This document shows positions 25,021 through 37,033 of a stretch of DNA of 64,000 nucleotides, one piece after another. The stretch is from contig NC_045697.1 of NCBI RefSeq assembly GCF_009834535.1, forward strand, positions 91,266,001 to 91,330,000, in the 5' to 3' direction. A model generated the notes under the pieces. It did not search any database. It worked only from the letters and a program-made list of their open reading frames with translations, and was not told the DNA's origin. Position 1 is the first letter of the stretch. Every line of letters begins with the position of its first letter. The translations under genes and the position numbers were made by a program. This DNA is from Camelus ferus (lineage: Eukaryota).

Positions 25021-27087
25021 GGTGGGGACTAACTGACCTAACATTTGTATTACTAAAAGATTTACCAAAGTGGTACTTCCTGAACAGAAATGTGTACTTG
25101 ACCTAAGGACAAATTCTGCTTCCCTTCCCCCACCCCGAATGCAGAAGCAGTCCCCCAGTTTGCAGATTTCCAAGTTCTAACAACTTGAAGAGCCAGCCTC
25201 CACCAGTTCCCTGACAGCAAAAGCTTTTGCTGCTATAATTAATATACTAAGGTTCTTTGATTTTATTTTTACCAGGCTTTATCTGTGTACCTTGTATCAC
25301 ACTTTTCTGCTTTCTGAACTTATTCTTCAACAGATTTCCTCACTTTCTCATTTGTAGAACAGGATAAACTTCACAGGAGAGGTGAGAATGGCAAAATGAT
25401 CTCTCCTTTCTGTCTACATGATAAATATTTATAAAAATAGGTCATATCTTAGTCTCTGATTGAGTAAAAAAAGATAACAAATGGATTGAAAGTCTAGTGT
25501 TTTCATACTGAAAAATTACTGCTTTATGAAAACTTCATCTGCACCAGACAGACAGTGTAGGGAGTGATTACTCATTCTGCAATCTAATCTTCCCTTTTTC
25601 AGAATTTGCTCCAAATTTATACCTCAACCTTTCCTTTCTTTCTTCTCTAGCAAATATTTTCCCATTTCAGCAGGTCTTACAGTCTGCTGATATAAACATT
25701 TCAGCTTTAGAGTTTTTATGCCTAAGAATGACATTGTGACTGACACTTCATTTAGTTTTTAAGACTTCAGAGTCTTAATCTTAGAACAGCAGTTCCTTCT
25801 AGAGGGTTAACATCAATAGTTGATAGTGGCTCTTTCTCTCTAGTGCATTGAGAGGTACTGTAAGGGCAAATCTAAGATTAACAAAGCAGAAAATCATGGT
25901 AGATTAGTGGTGTCTAACCTGAGAGAGGAAAGGGCAGTGATGGCATGGGTGCCCCATATTTTCTAACATTTTTTTTAGCCCAAAAGGAGGGTAATATGAC
26001 ATTTTCCAACACGATAGAGGAAACAGCCTATGGTAGGAACAAAAAAGGAAGGTAGTTTGGATTGAGAAGGACTTTTAATGCCTCTAAAATCTCATCTCTG
26101 CCTACACCTTGGCTTCTAATTATGTGCCCTCATGGTTTTACCTCCTCTGGCCACTAACCTTTGAATGATTCTCTTGTTTCTATATAGAACCAATGATGGA
26201 ATGGGTGATAGAAATTCTAATATAAGGTATAATACCAATCTGTCAAATGTGACATTTTAATCGAGCCAATTTGACACATTAAATAAACCCAGATGCCTCT
26301 TCAGGGTTATGCATGTCTCTAGAATTTGTAGGGAAGGAGAAAGAATAAACAGAGATCAAGACCAGAGAGTGGACTTAACCCACGTGTTTGAACATCCTAG
26401 ACTACTGATCCTGCTGAAGCTGGTGGTGGGTGGCATGGTTAAAGTGAAAGGGAGCCGGGCAAGTCAGAAGACCATGATAACTTCAACTTTCATGAAGAAG
26501 CTGACAGAGGATGGGTTTAAAGATTTGGGCAAAATGAAGCTTGTAGTTTGTTTTGCCATACCTCTCTCTGATTACTGATAATAAGTTTCAGGATATTTAA
26601 AATGAAGTTACGTATCAATCTTCTCAAATTCTTTGCTTATCCTTTAGTTGTTACTTTAACTTATCATGATAGTGATGTATATTTGACATGGGTTTTCCTG
26701 AAATCTGGCATGAGCCTTTTGATTTGGAGACCACCTGATTCTCATCAGTCTATAGGTAGCAATATAGAGAACCTGAGTTCTTTAGCAGATTTCTGTTGAG
26801 TTTAAAGATGGAGGAAGTTTAAAGTTTAAGGATGGAGGAAGACGAGATCGAGCTTTGCTTAAAGAAACCCCAGGACTAAACCTAGGTTAAAGTCTCTGTG
26901 AAATGTTTTTGAATGAAAGTTCAATTTCAAAAATTGAACTGGGTCAGATTAACTTTAGAGGACCTCAAGGTTTCCGGGATACTTCAGAATCCCAGAGAAC
27001 TATTTCTCTTCTGAAGACTAAAATCAGGATAATCCTGGAAGTCAACCAACCAACTAACGGGAATCCTGACAATAGAAATTGACCCTA

Positions 27088-27231
27088 GGGGAGGGTATAG
27101 CTCAAGTGGTAGAGTACATGCTTAGTATGTATGAGGTCCTGGGTTCAACACCCAGAACCTCCTCTAAAAATAAATAAACCTAATTACCTCCCCACCCCCA
27201 AATAAAATTAAAGAAAGAAACAAAGAAAGAA
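27088..27231 (+). mobile_element. Camelid Vic-1-like tRNA-derived SINE
   Basis: ggggagggtatagctcaagtggtagag...gggttcaacaccc...aaataaataaacctaattacctcccc plus A-rich tail; TSD agaaattgacccta (27074-27087) / agaaatcgacccta (27232-27245). Confidence 0.9.
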
Positions 27232-29539
27232 AGAAATCGACCCTAAAATAGCTTGTCACTCTCAAGGCTACCTCAGTCTCCTCCAGGCCTAACACAGAAG
27301 CAAGCCAAGCAGTAGTTAGATATCCAATTCAGTGTTTTGCGCAATAGCTGAAGTATATGTTAGGTTAATGGACATGGGAAATCCTTTTGGTCATATTATG
27401 ATGATTGCATTTTATATTCTTTGAATCGGGAAGACTACAGAAGGAAACTCCTCAACACAAATCACAGTGGCTACCACGATGGCAGCGATGCTTGAGAAAT
27501 GTCGTGGTGCTTGACATCCAGGCTTTTTGAACTGCGTGTCAAAGTATTTGTATAAAGTACTGGTGTTAGGGTCCTTTCCGCAAAGATCTCTATTATCATT
27601 TTCACTTTCTTGTAAATAATTACTGCAGGGGAAAAAAGGCCAATTAGAAAGTAGGAGTTTAACCTCCTAAGTTTTTGTGCCCCATCTGAATTTGCTTTAT
27701 AAAATCTCTCTGGAAAAACCAGGAATGTGAATTTAATGGCCTGAGTGGCTTCTTGCTTTGTAAGGCGACAAAGCAGTATGTTGAGAAAGCTTAGTGCTCG
27801 GAATCACCCAATGTACTTTATACATTTATTTATAGAAGAAGAGTTTAGTTTTAATTATTTATGATAATAGCTCTCAGTACACTAGTAAATGTCCTTGGGT
27901 GCATATTTTGTAAAAGTAATGAAGTCTTTGTAATGCAAGCTTTCTCATCAGCTAACCTGCCCTCCCTTTGCAAAAGAACCAAAGCAGAAGAGTGTGTCTG
28001 TGTTTTTGTACAAGAGTGTGTATAAATTACCAGGCTTGAGGTTTAGCAAGATGCTGTTGAACTTGATTGAGGATTTCCAAGAACTATCCCTGACTATACT
28101 CACTACCTCCATCCCCCAGTCACCCTCCCTTCCAATCATAACATTAGCAACTTGACCAAAGAAAATATCACCGTGAGGTGGGTGAGCAGCCAGTCGGAAT
28201 ATTCTTGTTGTTGTTGTCTTTCAGTGTTTTTCTTATTGTTCTTCCTTTGTTGCTACAATCTTATGGTATTGCAATAAAACACATAGCAAGAAAGAATATA
28301 AATCTACTATATTTCCCTCTGGCCTAAGTTATAGATACTCTGGTTTATAGATAAGTCTTATTACGTCAAGGATCTTTGTTTCTTCTTTGGCTTCTTTCTT
28401 CTGTTCCTCTCCCCCATTTGCAGTGCCTGGGATTAGCTTTTCCCCCCTAACCTCTGGGAAACTTCTACATACCAAAAGCATTGGAGTGTCCAGAGAATAA
28501 TCAACATGTGTGGAGCAAACCCCTGACACAGTTTGATTTAACATTTACAGCTTTGCTGTTTGCGGGTGCCCTAAAAGGTGCCAGTGTGTTGTCATTTGCA
28601 ACTAGAATTCCTATTTCATGTGAGAGTTACATGAGATGATGCCTTTAAAGTACTTTTTAGGAAAGAATCAGCTAAACTTGAAAGCTGGTGGGTAAGATTC
28701 ATACAGCTAGTGAACAAACCTGGCCATGTCTTAATTGCTGAATTTTGGAGATTTGGAGACTGAAGAAGTCTCTAGATAGAACACTTAAATTGTTACTGTA
28801 AAAATGTTAATCCATTTAGGCTCACCATGAGTCTATAGGCTCCAAGACAGGGACTGATTATTAAGAAAGCTGTATGTAAATGCCTCATACTCAAATGAGA
28901 TTCCAAACAAATCATCATGATTTTAACAGGAAAATAGTTCTAGTAATATCAAAATTATCCATCTACCAATTAGACAAGACTTCTGTGTGAGGGAAAAAGA
29001 CTGATCAATTTTGCTTAAAGTTCTGTCTCTAGAAAAAGAGCCTCCTGGACACTGGATTTGAAATAAATGGGTCACCAATGAATTAGAGGCACTGGCAGAA
29101 ACCAGCTAACCTGTCCATAAGCAAGTGGCTGACTCCCAAGAGGCAAATGTAGTGCATGATCCATGAGGCAATAATGCCAGAAAAGACATGAAGAGAATAA
29201 GACTGATCAGGCCACCTGCTACATGTGGATGGGCACAAAATTGGGAGCAGTTTCTATAACTAATGGCAATGCCACCTACCCATCAAGGATGGAATGCCAG
29301 CTTATGGATGCAACAGAAGGGACAATGAAAAATCTTCAGTTAACACTACTATTCACAAATTTTTCTCTTTAAATGAAAGGAGACAGTTGTAGTTACCTAC
29401 TGCCATGTAACAAACTACTCCAAAATTATTGGCTTAACTCATGCCATTAAAATAAATACTTACAATTTGTGTTTAAATCCTTTAGTTCATAATGAGATTC
29501 CTCCCTTCTCCCCCCAAAATACAGATGCCCAATCTTATT

Positions 29540-30304
29540 GATCACCTTTGGAGGATGCTGGGAATTATACATTGTATAATCCTGGAGGATTATACATTGG
29601 CTAATGTATAATCAGGATGAATAAAGAGACAGAATTAAGAACTTATCCTGTCCTTTCCATAAGATCTGCATTTCAGTATAACTAAATTTTTGATGGGGAG
29701 ATGTTCTTTTCTACAAAAAGTTTCCAGCTAATAAACAGAGGCCCCCCCCCCCAAAAAAGATGGTCATTTGTAGTCCCTAATCAACTACCGATTCTAAGCA
29801 ATGACCATCAATGGCTGATGTCATGAGACAATCAGACATTATGTGTCTCCTGATAGACGTGTGCAGCACCATCTATGAAGTCATCTTGCCAGCAACATCA
29901 CACACACACACAGCCTTGACTCTACTCAAGCCTTTAGATCTAACCACAGTTTCGCAGGAAACATAAGAGACAGTGGAACATATTTTCTTAAAGAACATTA
30001 CAAGGATGCAATCAGCAAAAACTAGACTGTGGGAAACTCAGTAGGTAGAAAAAATTTCTTCACTTAAAAAACAAATTACAAGATAAAATAGAGTGAGGGA
30101 AGGGGTAGAGAGATAAAATACTTTACAAACAATTGCAATGTATGGACCTTATTTAGATACCGACCCAAAGAAACTGTAAAAAAAAAAGAAAAAGAAAAAA
30201 ATTGTAAGACATGTGAAGACAATGGGGGAAATGTGAACACTAACTGGATATTTGATAATATTAAGGGATTATTTTTAATGTTTTTAGGTGTGATAATAGT
30301 ATTG

Positions 30305-30342
<38 letters not shown>

Positions 30343-30545
30343 GAAAAGTCTTTAGTTTTTAGAGATACATAGTGACATATGTGTAGGTAAAATGATGTAC
30401 TGTCTAGGATTTCTTCAAAATAATCAGAGGTAGAACAAAATTGGCTATTTATTTATACCTGAAGAAGCTAGGCAATGCATACACTGGAAAATTTATGCTG
30501 TTCACTCTATTTGCATGTTTTTGAGAAATCCCATTTAAAAAAAAA
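29540..30545 (+). mobile_element. Old L1 (L1MC4/5-like) 3'UTR containing (TA)n at ~30309-30338
   Basis: 'ttatcctgtcctttcc...tgcaatgtatggaccttattt...ctggatatttgataatattaaggg...gatttcttcaaaataatc'. Confidence 0.7.
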
Positions 30546-32224
30546 TAATGGAAACCACTAAAAGAAATGAAACATCATAGCTTCCAAACCAGCATAGGGT
30601 AAAGGGAAGACAGAGAGGACTGGGAAGGCGTAGGGGGGAAGCACAACATAAAACATTATCAATCTAATAGAGGCAGTAAAGAAGGAAAGGGGGAAAGTTG
30701 CCCAAATAGTCTCCCAGGAAATGAAGGCTCTTTACTAAAGCCTCACATGGCAATTCTTAGACTCCGCAAATCTCACCTCCATAGTGAAAGTGCATTTTGA
30801 GTTAGGCCACCATGTTCTAATTCTGATCCTCCCTGCGGCAAGCCATCAAGCTCTCTGGGCTAAATTGTGCATAGATCCTCAGGCTAGTAAGAAGCTGACA
30901 CCCTTTGGCCATTGGCAGCTTTGGGGCAGGTGGCTGGGCCTGGAGATTCGGTTTGCACCACAAAGAAAGCAAAGCCAACTGGGTCGCATGAGGAAGTAAC
31001 CTGAGCCCTTAAGCTCTAACCTGCTGAGCTGACTTTCACCCTGCCCCCTGCTGCTGTGGCTGTGCAGGGAGAGCCTAGAGCTGTGTGATCCAATGGCCAG
31101 CCCCTAAGACACAATTCCAAGGGCATCATCTCTTACAGATTTTTGAAATATGAATTGGCAAGTTGCTAGTAAGAGTGATCTTCAACCTATTTGAATGAAA
31201 ATAAATGTCAAAAGAGGGGTAATGGGGTTGGAGACGTGAATGCCACAAAGACTGCTGCATCTTAGTGACTCTTTTCAGAGGGCATGGGAATCTTGAAAAG
31301 GAAGAAAACCTTTCCTCACTCTCTCAAACACTGATGGGAATTTAAGCTCTTTTCTTCTTTTCAGGTTCATCCTTTCAGGTGCTTTTTATTTTCCCACATA
31401 TTCTCTGATTTTTTTCCCTTTGATTTCTCCTTTCAGAGTAGAACTGTGCTTATTGCATCTACTAAGCACTGTATTTATTCCCACATTTCTCCCTGGATAT
31501 GAAGTTTCTTATGGCATTTCCCTTCTCCATTCCTGTTCCCATTACTTCTTTGTCAAAAACTTGTTCTTTTAAAATAAAAAAAATTCTCCTCATCTTTTTC
31601 CTCTGAATCTTTGTACCTTATTCTCTCCTAAACTATGGCCTATTCTGTCCTTGCTCTCGTCCCCTCTAGTGCATAAGACGTCCATCAAAGGATTAAGTAG
31701 CGAAAAGCTCTCAGAATAAGGTCAGGGTGTGTTGTGATGTGGAAAAGCTTCTGTAGTAACTGTGCTTTATTGGTTGAAGTTGTTGTCCTTTTCATCCTCC
31801 TGGGGCATTCACTAGATATGTCTGAATCTTTCTTCATTTTGCTCATAAACACTCATAGGGCTCTGAAAGTCAGATTGGCTTTTCCCTAACTTGCTTCTCA
31901 ACTTGATTATCACCTTAAGTGGCATCTAGTTGAGGACGAGAAGAAACTATTCAGAAAACGAAATAGAATGATAAAATAAATGACCTATGTTACCTACCAA
32001 AACTGAGCTTGAGCTTTGATAAAGTCATGGCTAACTTTTTCTGTGGGAAATTGAGGTACACCAGCACAAACACTGAATAATATATTTTGATGATGATGAG
32101 TGTCTAGAGCTGTTCTAAAACAGGAAAACTATTTGAAAGAAAGTTTAAAAAATTATATTAAAAAAGGAAAGTAAAAAAGAAAACAAAGTAGATCCACAAA
32201 TTACTTGTTCAGATAGAAATAATA

Positions 32225-32450
32225 AACTTACTACATCAACACTGTTCTAAGTACTTCATACATATTTACTCATAATCTTCTTAACAAACTTATGGGGTAG
32301 GTACCATTACTAGCCCAACTCTGCAGATAAGAAAACTGAGGCACAGAGAAGTTTAATCTCTTATTCATGGTTACACAGTTATTAAGTGGTAGCCCTGGGA
32401 TTTGATCCCAAGCAGTCTGGCTACATTGTCCATGTAATTAACTGCAGTAG
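32225..32450 (-). mobile_element. MIR
   Basis: 'cactgttctaagtactt...gcagataagaaaactgaggcacagagaagtt...ggatttgatcccaagcagtctggct'. Confidence 0.85.
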
Positions 32451-34399
32451 CATTTTGGATTTTTAATAGAATTTATACTTGCTCTCATTAATAAAGCTTT
32501 AAATTAAGTTGACTTCTCCAATATTTTGGTAGAAAATGAGTTTCTGGATTTGGACAACCTAAAAAATTTGTGTGAACCTGATCCCATTCTAAATCTTTGT
32601 TTATATCTATGATTCCAAGTAAGTTATAATAAAGAGTGCTTAAAAATAAGGCATAAAATTTTCAACTGTAGCAGTAAGGAACGTAACATAACTGTTAAAT
32701 GATAGTTTTCAGAGAAAATATTTTATGTGAAAAATTCAAAGTAGAACCATAACATAGAACATAATTAAACATTTCAAAAAAGAGCAAGAAGAGAATCTGT
32801 TAAGGTTAAACTTTAAGAAATCAGAATGTATGTGCTGGGAAAAAATAAGGAATTTTAAAAAGCAATATGCAAAATTTAATTTAGAGGAATTTTAACATAG
32901 ATCTATACAACTATGTATAATGGACATACTATCAATGAATGTATCCCAGGTAATTGTCAAGATGATGTAAACTTACCAATGCTGGTGGTAGCAAGGATAA
33001 AACTCAGATACATAAACGAAGTTAGGGATTATCTATCACTCAGAAGTAATTACCTGTAAAATGTAAGATTTTGACTGTTGAGTCTTACCGTTAGCTCTTA
33101 ACCTGTGAGGTACAGAAAGCTCTCTTCTGTTGTTTACAGTGAATTGTCTGCAACCTTTTAATGGTTGGCAATGAAGTTGCTGGGATAGCTGAGTGATTAT
33201 CAGTTCTTATACTAGAGAGATCAATACTCCATCATTAAACTTAGGACATAGATTTCAGCTGGCTGGGAGAAGGAAGAAGCTGACCAAGTTGCTTTTCCAA
33301 CATCCTCATGGCAGGTGGTATAAAATAGTTGACCGAGATTGTACTCACAGTTGAATCTCTTTTAGTCTCTACTCTAAAGATTACTCCAGGACATCAAGGG
33401 TGACATAGACCTACCTCTTGGGTATCTGGTTGCTGGTTCTGCTCTTTTCACATTGGTGGGTGTTCTATGTGGCTCTTAGGTCTTGATGACAGACTTGGAA
33501 CTTCTGCTGTGGTGTCTTCCTTTCTTTTTTTCCTTTTTAATTAATATAGAGTTGAATTAGTGGCATTGTGATACAAAACTCTTTTGATGTATTATACAAG
33601 TGTGTATGCATGCATGCCTGCCATGCCATAAACATTCAGGAAATTTTATTATCTGACCCACGAGCTTTTTAAGTTTAATTTTAAAAATTTTAAAAATAGA
33701 TAATTTACATTATTCAATTTAAAAGAAATATAAAAATATATACAATAAGAAGTCTTTCTCCCCTCTGTTCTCATTCTAGCTAACCTATTTCCGTTCCTGC
33801 AAACAACCAATGCTATTTTTGTATTCTCCCAGAGATACTATATATATATAAGAAAAAATATATAGATGCACATTTTTTCCTTTTTCACATAAATGACAGT
33901 CATTTTATACACATTTTAGCTTACTTTTTTCAGGCAACAATAAATCTTGGTATCTTCTAACACTTTCTCTGCCCTGCTATCTCGCCTCTCTTTTCCCACG
34001 CTCTCATTTGTCCCCTAATATGCATTTACTCTGTGCTTTTGTATGCTAGAAACACATTAGTCCATTCTCTGATTAGCTGACTTCTTCCTGTCCTAAATCC
34101 TGTCCTTTTATGCACTCAATGTTGTCTGTTTAAATGTAACCCCCCCCCCCAAACGATGTAATGATAAACTTACATCTTTTTTGGGTATAGAATCTAGCAG
34201 AGGACCAAGAATAATTATGAGTGCAATGAAAATCTTTTCCTAACTTTGGCTTCTGGTTTCTTTGCTACCCACTTAGTATTTTGGCCAGTTACATCCACTT
34301 TTACTACTATTCAATTAAATTCTAGCTTGTTAGTAGACAACGTGGATTGGCCAGATTCTGATAGAAGAGATATAGGATCATTTCTTTATTAAGTCAGTA

Positions 34400-36340
34400 T
34401 GATAGGAAAAAAGATATGAAATAATTATAAACCTGTCAATTCTTTCAAATTGTATCTATAAACTCAGTACAATCTTAATCAAAATATTAACATTTTAAAA
34501 AGAACTTAATAAGCATATTTAAAGTTCATATAGAAAAGACATATAAATAGCTAACTTAATTTTTTAAAATAACCATAAAGGGATATTAAGTTACACTAAA
34601 AAGCCACATATACTAAAAGTAATAAAAACAGGGTAGTATTGGCACAAGAATAAATCAATGAATGGAACAGAATAGAATGGACAGAGATACATCAATGTAT
34701 ATGTGATAATTATTGTTAATTCTGTGGTGCCACAAAACAATGAAAAGAAGATAATTTAGTAGATAGTTTGGGGAAAACTTACTCATTATATAAGAAAAAT
34801 TATAAGTGGATACCTGCCAAAAACCACAAATGGATTAAAGACCTAAACATGAAAGTTAAAATTTTTAAACTAATAAAAGAAAGTGTAGAAAACTATTTGT
34901 AACCTAGGGGAAGGAAAGAGCTTGTTTTTCATTTTTCTGTATTGAAAAATTTCAAGTACGTCAAAAGTGGAGAAAATAGAACAATGAGCTTCCATATAGC
35001 CATCACCCAGATTTTAAAATTAGTAAGATTTTGTCATGTTTGCTTCTTCTATCCCTTTTTCATTTATTTTTTTTTTTACTTTGTCAAAGTGTCTTAAAAC
35101 AAATCCAAGATTTTATATCATTTCGTCCTATATAGTCCACAGTGTACTCTTAAAAATATGGACACATTTCTGTATGTGTCCACGATACTATCAATGCACC
35201 TATAAGAGATAATAATAATTAGGTAAGGACTTTTTTTAAGGGTTATTTAAGCAAAAATTGATTCAAATCAGGCAGCATCCAATCTAGCAGATAGAAAGTA
35301 TTACCAAGGAGCAGGTTCTTGTCTTGCACAGGAAAGAATTCAAGAGCGAGCCATAGTAAAGTGAAAGCAAGTTTATTTAGAGAGATACACATTCCATATA
35401 CAGAATGCAGTCTGTCTCAGAAAGGAGAGTAGCCTGGTAAGGACTTTAAAACAAGATTTCAAAAAGTAAATAGTGATGTATTTGATTAGATCAAAATTAA
35501 GAATTTCTCTTTAAGGAAGAACACAATAAGGAGATGACAGAATGGAGAAGATATTTGTATTATCTAAAACTATGAAGAGATTAGTGTCTAGAAAATTCAA
35601 GGAACTCTTGCGGTTCAACAAGAAAATGCCAGCAAACTCAAAGGGAAAATGGGCAAAGGTTGCAAACAGGCAATTTATAAGTGAGCAAACTGAAAGGCCA
35701 AGGTGCATGTGAAGAGCTGCTCAAAGTAACTAATAGTTAGATAAATTAAAATTAAAACAACAACACAATGGTACTTTATAATTATTAGCCTGGAAAATAT
35801 TAGCTAGCTAATGCAATATGTTGGTGAGGATATGTTATGATTAGAATGTAGGCCAGGATAATTTGGAAGCACAATCTGGCTCTACTTAGTTAAATTAAGT
35901 ATGTAGATATTCTAGGATCCAGCAGTTCTGCTTCTGAGTGGACACATCTCAAAGAAATTCTCACACAGATCCATTCAAGGATATGTTACAAGGATGTTTG
36001 TTGAAGGGTTTTTTTTTTTGTTTTGTTTTGTTTTTTTTGTGGTTATGGGCAGTTAATCAGGGAAAGGGAATAGAAGAAATACAGAGTACCAACAAGGGGT
36101 TAGAAGCAAGGTACAGATGCACACATAGCCACATTAAAAATATAGCTGAGTAAAAAAAGAATAAAACATATAATACGATACCATTTGCTTAAGTTAAGAA
36201 TACTTGAGCACGGAACAATATACATTTGCAAGAAAGAGTATGCACAACCAAATTAATACGCATTAAATATATGAGAATAGTTTCCTGGGGTTGGGAGAGG
36301 GAAGGAAAAATGGGAAAGGAGATAAAAGAGATGAAATAAG
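34400..36340 (+). mobile_element. Old L1 (L1ME-like) ORF2-end/3'UTR fragments with nested insertions
   Basis: 'agtattggcacaagaat...aatggaacagaatagaa', 'aatggattaaagacctaaa' and 'aaaatgggcaaagg'; an antisense L1MC-like piece lies at ~34925-35220. Confidence 0.6.
35234..35435 (-). mobile_element. LTR-derived retroposed fragment with a 12-bp TSD
   Basis: Perfect ggtaaggacttt at 35222-35233 and 35436-35447 with a T-run at the left; the interior resembles ERV LTR R/U5 sequence. Confidence 0.7.
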
Positions 36341-36471
36341 TAGAATAATAAGAGTGAAAACCTGCATACACCAGTGATGCTAATGTACTATGAGTGGAAG
36401 GCTACGATTAACTCTCTTTCTGTGCCCAGGCAGGGGCAGGAGTGGGAGGTGAACAGCACAGTTTATATCTT

Positions 36472-37002
36472 TGTTTTTTTTTTAATTAACCATTTTTTCA
36501 ACTGAAGTTTAGTTAGTTTAAAATGTTGTGTTAGTTTCAGGTGTACAGCAAAGTGATTCAGTTATACATAGTTATGTGTTCTTTTTTAGATTCTTTTCCA
36601 TTATAGGTTATTACAAGATAGTGAATATAGTTCCCTGTGCTGTACAGTAGGTCCTTGTTTTTTATCTATTTCATATATAGTAGTGTGTATATGTTAATCC
36701 CAAACTCCTAATTTATCCCTCCCCTCCCCCGACCCAGCTTTCCCCTGTGGTAACCATAAGTTTGTTTTCTATAGCTGTGAGGCTTTTTCTGTTTTGTAAG
36801 TAAATTCATTTGTATCATTTTTTTAGATTTCCCATATAAGTGATATCATATGATATTTGTCTTTCTCTGTCTAACCTACTTCACCTAATATGATAATCTC
36901 TCAGTCCATCCATGTTGTTGCAAATGGCATTATTTTATTCTTTTTAATGGCTGAGTAATATTCCGTTATATATATATACATACATATGTGTATGTGTAAA
37001 AA

Positions 37003-37033
<31 letters not shown>

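Noticed and set aside
27088..27160. tRNA gene (A and B boxes present; also at 14967 and 10800-10870)
   Set aside because: Followed by a SINE tail and flanked by a TSD, with a degenerate cloverleaf, so these are SINE heads
27398..27690. C/D-box sno/scaRNA (ATGATGA ... CTGA)
   Set aside because: Boxes are ~290 nt apart, the terminal stem is weak, and I recognise no guide complementarity
35159..35182. 9-bp hairpin tggacacat...atgtgtcca
   Set aside because: Short and within decayed L1; plausible by chance in 64 kb
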